Source: Acutalibacteraceae bacterium | Lineage (GTDB): Bacteria > Bacillota > Clostridia > Oscillospirales > Acutalibacteraceae | Length of the DNA: 64,000 bases | Reading direction: 5' to 3' | NCBI GenBank assembly: GCA_051881315.1 | Contig: JBJEPQ010000019.1 | Span: 16,570 to 80,569 of the forward strand | In this document: positions 16,394-24,594 of the stretch, one piece after another | Numbering within the stretch: the first letter of the stretch is position 1 | How the letters are laid out: the number at the start of each line of letters is the position of its first letter | The notes under the pieces: generated by a model | Told to the model about the DNA's origin: nothing | Seen by the model: only the letters and a program-made list of their open reading frames with translations | The model's database searches: none | Translations under genes and position numbers: made by a program

Positions 16394-17599
16394 TTGAAGA
16401 TTCTCGTTGTCAACGCAGGAAGCTCATCCCTGAAGTATCAGCTTATTGATATGGATAATGAGTCGGTTCTTGCAAAAGGAAACTGCGAACAGATCGGAAC
16501 CGAAAGCACATTCACACACAAGGTACCGGCAGATGAAACCAAAAACATTAAGGCACTTCCCATGGAGATGCAGGATCACGCTGCGGCTCTCAAGATCGTG
16601 CTTGACACTCTTGTTGACGGTGAGCACGGCGTTATCGGCTCTGTCAAGGAGATCGACGCAGTAGGTCACCGTGTTCTTCACGGCGGCGAAAAGTTCAGCG
16701 GCTCCGTCCTTGTGGACGATAAGGTTGAGGACGCTATAAAGGAATGTTTCGATCTCGGTCCGCTTCACAATCCCGCAAACCTTACGGGTATCAAGGCTTG
16801 TCAGCAGATTATGCCCGATGTTCCCCAGGTTGCCGTGTTCGACACAGGCTTCCACCAGACGATGCCCGACTACGCATATATGTATGCTCTGCCGTATGAG
16901 TATTATGAGAAGTACGGCATCCGCCGCTACGGCTTCCACGGCACATCTCACCGCTTTGTAAGCAAGAAGTGCAACGAGCTTCTCGGCAATCCCGAGCACA
17001 GCAAGATCGTTACCTGCCACCTCGGCAACGGTTCTTCAATTTCCGCTGTTGTTGACGGCAAGTGCTTCGACACAACGATGGGCGTTACTCCTCTTGAGGG
17101 TATTATGATGGGTACACGCTGCGGCTCGATCGACCCTGCCATCGTCCCGATTATTATGAAAAAAGAGGGACTTTCTCCCGATGAGATGGATACCGTGATG
17201 AACAAGAAGTCGGGTATGCTCGGTCTTTGCGGAACAAGCGACAACAGAACTATCGAAGCGAGAGCAAAAGAGGGCGACGAGAGAGCGAAGCTCATCGAGT
17301 CCATGCTCTGCCATCAGCTCACGAAGTACATAGGCGGCTTTGCGGCAGCTATGGGCGGTCTTGACGCAATCGTATTCACGGGCGGCATCGGCGAGAACAA
17401 TCCGCAGTACAGAGACAGAGTATGCGATCAGCTCAAGTTTATGGGCGTTGAGATCGACTACGACATCAACGACAAGCTCAAGAGAGGCCCCGAGGGTGAG
17501 ATCTCAACTCCGAATTCAAAGGTTAAGGTCTATGTCATCTGCACCAACGAGGAGCTTATGATCGCAAGAGACACCAAGGAGATTGTAGAAGCTCTTTAA
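16394..17599 (+). CDS. ackA: acetate kinase
   Basis: MKILVVNAGSSSLKYQL..., GHRVLHGGEKF, GFHGTSHRFV, FTGGIGEN. Probable TTG start at 16394, after GGAGGG. The ORF track starts five codons earlier at 16379. Confidence 0.95.
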   Translation: MKILVVNAGSSSLKYQLIDMDNESVLAKGNCEQIGTESTFTHKVPADETKNIKALPMEMQDHAAALKIVLDTLVDGEHGVIGSVKEIDAVGHRVLHGGEKFSGSVLVDDKVEDAIKECFDLGPLHNPANLTGIKACQQIMPDVPQVAVFDTGFHQTMPDYAYMYALPYEYYEKYGIRRYGFHGTSHRFVSKKCNELLGNPEHSKIVTCHLGNGSSISAVVDGKCFDTTMGVTPLEGIMMGTRCGSIDPAIVPIIMKKEGLSPDEMDTVMNKKSGMLGLCGTSDNRTIEARAKEGDERAKLIESMLCHQLTKYIGGFAAAMGGLDAIVFTGGIGENNPQYRDRVCDQLKFMGVEIDYDINDKLKRGPEGEISTPNSKVKVYVICTNEELMIARDTKEIVEAL

Positions 17600-17600
17600 T

Positions 17601-18041
17601 ATGAAAATCTTGATTGATGCGGACGGCTGTCCCGTTGTTGATCTGACGGTGAGACTGGCGGCAAAGCACGGTGCAGAGTGCGTTATACTCTGTGACACGG
17701 CGCATGAATTTAACCGTGAGGGTGCTCAAACCGTTGTTGTCGAAAAGGGTGCGGACAGCGTGGATTTTAAGCTTGTCAATCTTGTGCGTGAGGGCGATAT
17801 CGTCGTTACACAGGATTACGGACTTGCCGCGATGTGCCTTGCAAGAAAGGCTGTACCCCTCAGTCAGAACGGAATGGTTTACACCGACAAAAACATAGAT
17901 CAGCTCCTTTTCACACGCTATGTATCAAAGAAGATACGAAACTCAGGCGGCAGACTGAAAGGACCGTCAAAGCGTAAACCCGAACAGGATAAGGCTTTTG
18001 AAGAAGCGCTTGAAAGGCTGATTAAGGATATTTCAAAATAA
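17601..18041 (+). CDS. YaiI/YqxD (UPF0178) family protein
   Basis: MKILIDADGCPVVD...DIVVTQDYGLAAMCLARKA matches the conserved UPF0178 pattern. Confidence 0.8.
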   Translation: MKILIDADGCPVVDLTVRLAAKHGAECVILCDTAHEFNREGAQTVVVEKGADSVDFKLVNLVREGDIVVTQDYGLAAMCLARKAVPLSQNGMVYTDKNIDQLLFTRYVSKKIRNSGGRLKGPSKRKPEQDKAFEEALERLIKDISK

Positions 18042-18048
18042 AAGTATA

Positions 18049-18089
18049 ACGACTGCAGGTAATCCCGAAAGGATATGCTTGCAGTCGTT
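18049..18089 (+). terminator. hairpin after the yaiI-like gene
   Basis: aacgactgca / tgcagtcgtt outer stem with inner stem atcc-cgaaa-ggat. A short T run follows. Confidence 0.5.
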
Positions 18090-18124
18090 TAGATTTTAGA
18101 CGGTAGATGTTAGACTTTAGACGA
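18090..18124. repeat. five tandem heptamers, TAGAnnn
   Basis: tagattt tagacgg tagatgt tagactt tagacga, read directly from the sequence. tagacttta recurs at 18284..18292 on the other side of the palindrome cluster. Confidence 0.6.
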
Positions 18125-18156
18125 TACAGTTTTAAAGTTTGAAGAGACCTTACAAG

Positions 18157-18277
18157 GCTTCCCCTTGAGGGGAAGCTCCGCCGCAGGCGGTGATGAGGTG
18201 TAACAGGTTTTATGAAATTACATAACACCTCATCCGTCACGACCTACGGTCGTGCCACCTTCCCCTCAAGGGGAAGG
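18157..18277. repeat. compound palindromic (REP-like) element made of five consecutive hairpins with overall dyad symmetry
   Basis: H1 is gcttcccc-ttga-ggggaagc (18157..18176). H2 is ccgcc-gca-ggcgg (18178..18190). H3 is gatgaggtgt (18192..18201) pairing with acacctcatc (18225..18234). H4 is cacgacc-tac-ggtcgtg (18238..18254). H5 is ccttcccc-tcaa-ggggaagg (18258..18277). H1 and H5 are reverse complements of each other. Confidence 0.65.
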
Positions 18278-18310
18278 CAAAATAGACTTTAAATAGTATT
18301 ATTGAAATCT

Positions 18311-19765
18311 TTACGCAAAGATGAACAGCAACGCCGAGGAAAGGACAATACAGAAAAGATAGTGCAGTTTGACGGAAACACTGCTTTCAAGACACTCGAA
18401 AAATGCGGTTGTTCCGCCGGCTTCGGGGTGTTCGGAAAGGTATTTCGGAAGTGCTTTTTTTGCTCTGATGACGCAGAGAAATACCGTTTCAAGGAAATAG
18501 GACAGGCAGTACATTATAAAGGTCGATTTATATCCGTAGTTTATACCCGTGACAACAGGCAGTACGCTCAGAATGACCGTCAAAGCTATGCAGATACCTG
18601 TTGCAATTCCCGAATGTTTGTATTTTTCCTGCGGTAATGAAACAAAGCAGAACTCCTCAACTCCCGCCCAAAGCAGAAGTGAGAACGAGGCGAAAATTGC
18701 GGCTTGTTTCGCTCCGAGCAGGCAGAGACACAGTACGCTGTACGAAAACAGAGGTCTGCGGCAAAGGGTGACAAGACGGCTGAATTTTTCGCTCGGATTT
18801 TTAATGCAATGGTGCAGAGCGTCAAGCACAATCAATGCAATCCACACAGCGGAGAGGACGGCGGACAGGTCAAACCGATCTGAATTTTCCGAAAGGGGAG
18901 ACCAAAGCCCTCCGTTAAATTCTATAACACGGTAATAGGAGAAAAGAATGCTTCGGCTTGAAAAGAAGCCGATCAGTATTCCGAGACTGCCGAGTGCGCC
19001 GTAGGAAAACTCCATGATCTTCCAGTTGTCGATTTTTCCTCTTTCCTGAAATTTTCCGAAGAAATACTTGCCGTTCCGTCTCTGAGGAAAAAGGGTATAT
19101 GCGTTGAGAAAGTTGGAAATAAGCCAGCCGACGCTTCCGCTGACCGTTCCGCAGAAAATCAGCTTCAATGAAAAGAAATCGTGACGCAGGATCATAAACC
19201 CGATCATCGTCAGCAGTATTCCCAAAAGTCCGCCCCATTCCTCCTGACTTGTATCGGAAAAATAATAACGCGGAAATATCTTTTTGTCGGGATCAAGCGG
19301 CTTGTTGAAAATACGCACTCCGAGATACCTCATAATCACGGCGATAACAAACATGAGCGGAATGTCTGCCGCTTTGTAATAGCAGCCCGTTGCCGCAGTA
19401 TAGCTCATTCCGATAAATCCGCCGGCGATTCCGAACCACGCCGCTCCCTTTATTCCGAGACCGAGGTTGTGCTTTTTGACATCACGGCGATCTATATATT
19501 TCTCTCCCCAATAAAGCTTCGCCATTGTCTGAGCATACGGCTCTGTTCCGCCCATAAACATTGCGGCGGCACCGACAGCGGCAAAGACGAAGAAATTTTC
19601 TTTTATTATCTCACTGCCCGAAAAAACGGCAAGGCAGAGACCGAGCACCGCACCCGGAAGCATTGCGCCCTCCTCGCCGCCGATGAGGTCACCCCTCATT
19701 CCCCATGCGTAGCTCACAGCCGTCAAGGTGACGGCAAAAGCGATGATAACCGTGAAAGCAGACAT
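18311..19765 (-). CDS. uncharacterised polytopic membrane protein (about 12 hydrophobic segments)
   Basis: 484-aa ORF, hydrophobic throughout (for example FVFAAVGAAAMFMGG, AAWFGIAGGFIGMSY, WGGLLGILLTMIGFMIL). I do not recognise a family. It appears monocistronic. Confidence 0.7.
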   Translation of the reverse strand: MSAFTVIIAFAVTLTAVSYAWGMRGDLIGGEEGAMLPGAVLGLCLAVFSGSEIIKENFFVFAAVGAAAMFMGGTEPYAQTMAKLYWGEKYIDRRDVKKHNLGLGIKGAAWFGIAGGFIGMSYTAATGCYYKAADIPLMFVIAVIMRYLGVRIFNKPLDPDKKIFPRYYFSDTSQEEWGGLLGILLTMIGFMILRHDFFSLKLIFCGTVSGSVGWLISNFLNAYTLFPQRRNGKYFFGKFQERGKIDNWKIMEFSYGALGSLGILIGFFSSRSILFSYYRVIEFNGGLWSPLSENSDRFDLSAVLSAVWIALIVLDALHHCIKNPSEKFSRLVTLCRRPLFSYSVLCLCLLGAKQAAIFASFSLLLWAGVEEFCFVSLPQEKYKHSGIATGICIALTVILSVLPVVTGINYGYKSTFIMYCLSYFLETVFLCVIRAKKALPKYLSEHPEAGGTTAFFECLESSVSVKLHYLFCIVLSSALLFIFA

Positions 19766-19854
19766 AAAATCGCCACCTCAATTTTTCATATAATCATTAT
19801 AACAGCACAGATTTGACAGCACAAGAAAAATCTGCGAAAAATCAAAATTTTCTA

Positions 19855-19883
19855 TTGACAAACTTTAAAATAGGCTTTATAAT
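19855..19883 (+). promoter_or_regulatory. consensus sigma-A promoter of the aromatic amino acid operon leader
   Basis: TTGACA (19855..19860), 17-nt spacer, TATAAT (19878..19883). Confidence 0.65.
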
Positions 19884-19915
19884 ATAGAAAATTTTTTAGG
19901 TGGGAGGAAGCTTCG

Positions 19916-19999
19916 ATGTTAAACAAAAAAATATACAATCGATTTTATTACTTTTATTACCATCAATGCGGCCTTTCTTCCTTTAAAAAACTCGGCTGA
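19916..19999 (+). CDS. 27-codon leader peptide MLNKKIYNRFYYFYYHQCGLSSFKKLG (candidate attenuation leader)
   Basis: The ATG lies 8 nt after the SD GGGAGG (19902..19907). Codons 10-15 are TTT TAT TAC TTT TAT TAC (F Y Y F Y Y), and there is a further Tyr at codon 7. TGA stop at 19997. Not in the ORF track because it is too short. Confidence 0.55.
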   Translation: MLNKKIYNRFYYFYYHQCGLSSFKKLG

Positions 20000-20044
20000 C
20001 CTGATGGCTTTTTCGCCGTTGCCGAAAAATAAAGTGTAGAGACA

Positions 20045-20086
20045 CCGCATAGAAAATTCGTAAGAATGAACTATGCGGGTTTTTTA
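20045..20086 (+). terminator. intrinsic terminator (attenuator) between the leader peptide and pheA
   Basis: ccgcatag (20045..20052) pairs with ctatgcgg (20071..20078). Inner stem attc-gtaa-gaat. Followed by GTTTTTT. The pheA start is 31 nt downstream. Confidence 0.75.
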
Positions 20087-20116
20087 ATGCAAATTTCTGA
20101 AAACGAGGGATATTCA

Positions 20117-21220
20117 ATGAACGATCTGCAAAACGCAAGAAGAACGATCGAAAAGATTGACGCCGAGATGGCGGAGCTTTTTGAAAAGAGAATGAAAGCG
20201 GCGGAAACTGTCGCTGAATTTAAAAAGGAAAACGCATTGCCCATAGAGGATAAAAAGCGTGAGGCCGAATTGACAGCGAAAAACTGCGAGTTTGTTTCAT
20301 TTGAATACCGTCCGTATTACGAAAGTTTTATCGAAAATGTTATGGACGTTTCCAAAAAGTATCAGAAGCGTCTTCTCGAGGGTATGAGAATTGCATACAG
20401 CGGAGTGGAGGGTGCATTTGCCCACATTGCCGCAATGAGGATCTTCAAATGCGGCGAAGCGGTGTCCTGCCCCGATTTTGACAGCGCATACAAGGCGGTC
20501 GAGGACGGAGAGTGCGACTGTGCCGTTCTGCCGATAGAGAACAGCTACGCCGGTGACGTTGACCGTGTGCTTGACCTTGCTTTCCACGGCAAGCTTTCCG
20601 TTTCGGGTATCTACGATATGCCCCTCGGTCAGAGCTTGCTTGCAAAGCCGGGAACGAATATTGAAGATATCACGGAGGTCAGAAGCCATCCGCAGGCGCT
20701 TTCCCAATGTATGCCTTATCTCAGGGAGCACGGCTGGAAGCTGACTCAGGCAGTCAATACCGCAGTTGCGGCGAAGTCCGTTGCGGAGGGCGAAAGAAAC
20801 GACATCGCCGTCGTAGCCTCCAAGGATGCGGCTGAGCTTTACGGATTGAAGATTTTGCAGGAGGATATTAACGAAAATAAGAAGAACACAACGAGATTTG
20901 CGGTGTTCACAAGGTCTGAATGTAAGGTAACTCCAAAGGACGAGCATTTCCTGATTATGTTCACGACCAAGAATGAACCCGGCTCCCTCGGCGGTGCGAT
21001 CGCCGTTATCGGCGAATACAGGTTTAATCTGAGAAGCCTGAAAAGTCGTCCGACGGGTAATGCGAACTGGGAATACTATTTCTATGCCGAGGGCGAGGGC
21101 AATATCGACTCCCTTGACGGCAGAAAGATGATACACGACTTAAAGAAGCTTTGTGAGAATGTTAAAATTCTCGGCAGCTTTTCGGACGAGAAGATCCTTG
21201 ACGAAAGGAGAGCTATATAA
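20117..21220 (+). CDS. pheA: bifunctional chorismate mutase / prephenate dehydratase (P-protein)
   Basis: The N-terminal AroQ-type chorismate mutase region is RRTIEKIDAEMAELFEKRMKAAETVAEFK. The prephenate dehydratase body is RIAYSGVEGAFAHIAA and NTTRFAVF. The C-terminal ACT region is GSLGGAIAVIGEYRFNLRSLKSRP. ATG at 20117 after GAGGGA. Confidence 0.9.
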   Translation: MNDLQNARRTIEKIDAEMAELFEKRMKAAETVAEFKKENALPIEDKKREAELTAKNCEFVSFEYRPYYESFIENVMDVSKKYQKRLLEGMRIAYSGVEGAFAHIAAMRIFKCGEAVSCPDFDSAYKAVEDGECDCAVLPIENSYAGDVDRVLDLAFHGKLSVSGIYDMPLGQSLLAKPGTNIEDITEVRSHPQALSQCMPYLREHGWKLTQAVNTAVAAKSVAEGERNDIAVVASKDAAELYGLKILQEDINENKKNTTRFAVFTRSECKVTPKDEHFLIMFTTKNEPGSLGGAIAVIGEYRFNLRSLKSRPTGNANWEYYFYAEGEGNIDSLDGRKMIHDLKKLCENVKILGSFSDEKILDERRAI

Positions 21221-22242
21221 TGAGCGTTTTGCATATGGAGCTTGGAGCAAACAGCTATGACATAACCGTTGAACGCGGTGCGCTGAACAGAGCAGGCGAG
21301 CTGTTGAAGCTTGACAGAAAGGTGCTTATAGTGACCGATGACGGCGTACCGAAGGAATATGCCGAAAAAATTGCCTCCTTTTGCGCCGAGCCGTACACGG
21401 TCACTCTCCCGATGGGCGAGCAGAACAAGTGTATGAAAACATATTCCGATCTGCTTGAAGTGATGGTGAAAAACGAATTTGACCGCAATGACTGCGTTGT
21501 AGCCGTCGGAGGCGGAGTGATGGGCGACCTTGCAGGCTTTGTCGCTTCCACCTATATGAGGGGCGTTGACTTCTACAATGTGCCGACAACCCTCCTTTCT
21601 CAGATTGATTCTTCGATCGGCGGCAAGGTTGCCGTGGATTTTGCGGGATATAAAAATCTTGTCGGTGCGTTTTATCAGCCGAAAGCCGTGCTGATAGATC
21701 CGGATGTTCTCTCAACCCTTTCATCAAGGCAGTTTGCCTGCGGAATGGCGGAGGCTGTGAAGATGTTTGCAACCTTTAATGCGGAGATGTTTGAAGCGGT
21801 CGAGAAAAATCCCGACGAGGATATTGATAAGATAATAATTGAAGCACTCAAAATCAAAAGAGATGTTGTCGAAAAGGACGAAAAGGAAAAAGGACTTCGC
21901 AAGGTGCTGAACTTCGGTCACACGGTAGGTCACGCCATAGAGAGCATCGAGGAAAACAGCGATTATCCGCTGTTCCACGGCGAATGTGTGGGCATCGGAA
22001 TGCTCTGCCTGAGCAGTCCCGAGGTCGCAAGACGGCTCAGACACATACTTCACAGAATGGATATTCCGACCTCCTGGAGAGGCGGCGAGGAAGAGCTGAA
22101 AGCGGCTATGCTCCACGACAAGAAAGCCAAGGGCGACAGGATAACGGTCATAACGGTGGACACAATCGGAACCTTTAAAGAGGAAAAGCTGACGGTCGAT
22201 GAGATCGTAAAACGATGTGAGGAGGTGCTTGTGCTGTCATGA
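21220..22242 (+). CDS. aroB: 3-dehydroquinate synthase
   Basis: 340 aa: VAVGGGVMGDLAGFVASTYMRGVDFYNVPTTLLSQIDSSIGGKVAVD, NFGHTVGHAIE. Confidence 0.92.
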   Translation: MSVLHMELGANSYDITVERGALNRAGELLKLDRKVLIVTDDGVPKEYAEKIASFCAEPYTVTLPMGEQNKCMKTYSDLLEVMVKNEFDRNDCVVAVGGGVMGDLAGFVASTYMRGVDFYNVPTTLLSQIDSSIGGKVAVDFAGYKNLVGAFYQPKAVLIDPDVLSTLSSRQFACGMAEAVKMFATFNAEMFEAVEKNPDEDIDKIIIEALKIKRDVVEKDEKEKGLRKVLNFGHTVGHAIESIEENSDYPLFHGECVGIGMLCLSSPEVARRLRHILHRMDIPTSWRGGEEELKAAMLHDKKAKGDRITVITVDTIGTFKEEKLTVDEIVKRCEEVLVLS

Positions 22243-23330
22243 AGAATACATTCGGAAACGTGCTTACGGTAACTCTGTTCGGCGAGAGCCACGGCGAAGC
22301 TATCGGAGCGGTGATAGACGGCATAGCTCCCGGAGTGAAGATAGACAGGGATTATATTGATACAAAAATGGCTCTGCGCAGACCGAGCGGAAAAATTTCG
22401 ACCGCTCGAAGTGAAAAGGACGAGATCGTTTTTGAAAGCGGAGTTTATGAGGGACACACAACCGGTACGCCGATCTGTATGGTTATCAAAAATGCCGACA
22501 CTCACAGCTCGGATTATTCCTCCCTTGCAGGCAAGGCGAGACCGGGACACGCCGATTTTCCTGCGTTTTGCAAGTATCACGGCTTTGAGGACGCAAGGGG
22601 CGGCGGTCATTTCAGCGGCAGAATTACTGCGGCTCTCGTTGCCGCAGGCGCAATAGTTCAAAGTGCGCTGAAAGAAAAAGGAATTGTCATCGGTACACAC
22701 ATCAGCCGCCTTGCAGGTATCAGCGACAGCAAAATGAACCCGACGGAAGATGTTGAAAGACTTGAAAATTTGGAGTTTCCGCTTGTTGACGGAAGCCTTG
22801 AGGAAAAGATGAAAGCGGCAATTATGCAGGCGAGAACAGAGGGCGACAGCGTCGGAGGAATCCTTGAAACGGCTGTTGTCGGTATGCCTGCCGGGGTGGG
22901 CGAGCCGTGGTTCGACACGGTTGAAAGCCTGCTTTCCCATGCGCTTTTCTCCGTTCCGGCGGTCAAGGGAGTTGAGTTCGGAGACGGCTTTGCCCTTGCC
23001 GATATGAGGGGAAGCGAGTCCAATGACGCTTACCGTGTTGATGAAAGCGGAAGGATAATCACCGAAACCAACAGCAACGGCGGAATAGGCGGAGGCATAA
23101 CGAACGGTCAGCCGATAGTTTTCCGCTGTGCCGTCAAGCCGACTCCGTCGATAGTCAAGAAGCAGGACACGGTCGATTTTGTCAATGTATGCAATACGGA
23201 AATTGCCATAAAGGGCAGGCACGATCCCTGCATAGTTCACCGTGCGAGAGCGGTTGTTGACGCCGTAACTGCGCTTACTCTGGCGGATATGCTCAGTTTG
23301 AGATACGGCACGGACTGGCTTGCGAGGTAA
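22239..23330 (+). CDS. aroC: chorismate synthase
   Basis: MKNTFGNVLTVTLFGESHGEAIGAVIDGIAPG, RPGHADF, GGGHFSGRITA, GRHDPCIV. Confidence 0.95.
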   Translation: MKNTFGNVLTVTLFGESHGEAIGAVIDGIAPGVKIDRDYIDTKMALRRPSGKISTARSEKDEIVFESGVYEGHTTGTPICMVIKNADTHSSDYSSLAGKARPGHADFPAFCKYHGFEDARGGGHFSGRITAALVAAGAIVQSALKEKGIVIGTHISRLAGISDSKMNPTEDVERLENLEFPLVDGSLEEKMKAAIMQARTEGDSVGGILETAVVGMPAGVGEPWFDTVESLLSHALFSVPAVKGVEFGDGFALADMRGSESNDAYRVDESGRIITETNSNGGIGGGITNGQPIVFRCAVKPTPSIVKKQDTVDFVNVCNTEIAIKGRHDPCIVHRARAVVDAVTALTLADMLSLRYGTDWLAR

Positions 23331-23334
23331 CGGT

Positions 23335-24594
23335 ATGGAGTACGGATGTATCGGTAAAAAACTCGGTCACAGCTTTTCGGCTGTCATTCACGCAAAGCTC
23401 GGCGATTACGATTATCGGCTTGTTGAGCTGACGGAGGACGAGCTGACCGAATTTATGAATAAAAAGGATTTTAAAGGCATCAACGTTACGATACCTTATA
23501 AGGAGACGGTAATTCCGTTCCTCGATCATATAGATGTTTCGGCACGTCGGATAGGAGCGGTAAACACGATCGTCAATGAAAACGGCGTACTGACAGGCTA
23601 CAACACCGATTTTTACGGAATGACGCAGTTACTGAAAAAGGGCGGCATTGATGTTGACGGAAAGAGCGTTTACATTCTCGGAACGGGCGGCACGTCAAAA
23701 ACGGCAAGAGCAGTTGCGGCGTCACTCGGAGCAAAGGAGATTTACGTTGTTTCGAGAACTCCGAAAAACGGTGAGATCTCTTATGATGATATGTATGCGA
23801 ACGCAGAGAACGTCGAGGTTATCATCAACACCACGCCTGTCGGAATGTTCCCCAAGCCCGATGCTTCGGCGGTCGAGCCGTCACAATTTCCCAATCTCAG
23901 CGGAGCGGCGGACGCAGTTTACAATCCGCTGACGACTGAATTTATTCGGAAAGCCCAAAATTGCAAAGCGAACGCCGTAAACGGTCTTTATATGCTTGTC
24001 GCTCAGGCGGCAAGGGCGGCGGAGCTGTTTTTTAACGACAAAACCATGACTTCAAAAACCGATGAAGTTTTTGCCGAAATATATAAAGAAAAGCTCAATG
24101 TTGTGCTTATCGGTATGCCCGGAAGCGGTAAGACCACGATCGGTAAGCTCGTTGCAAAAAGCCTCGGCAGAGAGTTTTACGACACAGACGAGGTGTTTGT
24201 GGCAGAGGAGCAAACGACAATTTCCGATTACTTTGCATCGCATACCGAGAAGGATTTCCGTGACAGGGAAAGCGAGATTGTCGCAAGTCTCGGAGCGAAG
24301 AACTCCCTTGTCATCGCCACGGGCGGAGGTGCAGTCCTCAGAGAGGAGAATGTAAGACATCTCAAACAAAACGGAGTGATCTTCTTCCTTGACCGTGATG
24401 TTGAAAACATTGTTCCGACCTCGGACAGACCTCTCGGCAGCAGCAGGGAAGCGATAGAAAAAAGATACCGTGAACGCTATCCGATCTATTGCTCGGCGGC
24501 GGATATAAAGCTTGACTCCAATTCCTGCGTTGAGACGGTCGCCGCAAACCTTGCCGAAGAATTTATCAGCTTTTGCCGAAAGGAGCAGTTATGA
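23335..24594 (+). CDS. aroE: fused shikimate dehydrogenase (N-terminal) / shikimate kinase (C-terminal)
   Basis: The N-terminal part has GINVTIPYKETVIPFLD and GAVNTIV (AroE). The C-terminal part has LIGMPGSGKTTIGKLVAKSLGREFYDTDEV and ATGGGAV (AroK). It is one continuous ORF with no internal stop. ATG at 23335 after GAGG. Confidence 0.85.
   Translation: MEYGCIGKKLGHSFSAVIHAKLGDYDYRLVELTEDELTEFMNKKDFKGINVTIPYKETVIPFLDHIDVSARRIGAVNTIVNENGVLTGYNTDFYGMTQLLKKGGIDVDGKSVYILGTGGTSKTARAVAASLGAKEIYVVSRTPKNGEISYDDMYANAENVEVIINTTPVGMFPKPDASAVEPSQFPNLSGAADAVYNPLTTEFIRKAQNCKANAVNGLYMLVAQAARAAELFFNDKTMTSKTDEVFAEIYKEKLNVVLIGMPGSGKTTIGKLVAKSLGREFYDTDEVFVAEEQTTISDYFASHTEKDFRDRESEIVASLGAKNSLVIATGGGAVLREENVRHLKQNGVIFFLDRDVENIVPTSDRPLGSSREAIEKRYRERYPIYCSAADIKLDSNSCVETVAANLAEEFISFCRKEQL

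Noticed and set aside
18090-18124. The tandem heptamers as a possible CRISPR array or minisatellite
   Set aside because: The units are 7 nt with no spacers, and there are no cas genes in the window. The tract is too short and too degenerate to count as anything other than a local tandem repeat.
18022-18492. Small ORFs (72 aa at 18022..18240 and 67 aa at 18289..18492, both minus strand) in the repeat region
   Set aside because: The first reads straight through the hairpin cluster and heptamer repeats, giving peptides such as ...RRSFPSRGSL.... The second overlaps the 3' end of the 484-aa membrane protein gene in another frame. Neither has an SD.
19884-20116. A possible T-box riboswitch upstream of pheA
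   Set aside because: I found no T-box consensus (AAnnnGGGTGGTACCGCG-like) and no specifier-loop or stem I architecture. The leader is only about 230 nt and half of it is a translatable ORF with a strong SD. This still needs a covariance-model scan to be certain.
22050-23240. A 396-aa ORF antisense to aroC and the end of aroB
   Set aside because: It lies entirely opposite two genes with unmistakable enzyme motifs. Its translation is low-complexity and Arg/Ser/Ala-rich with no recognisable motif or SD. Long stop-free antisense frames are an expected by-product of the codon usage here.
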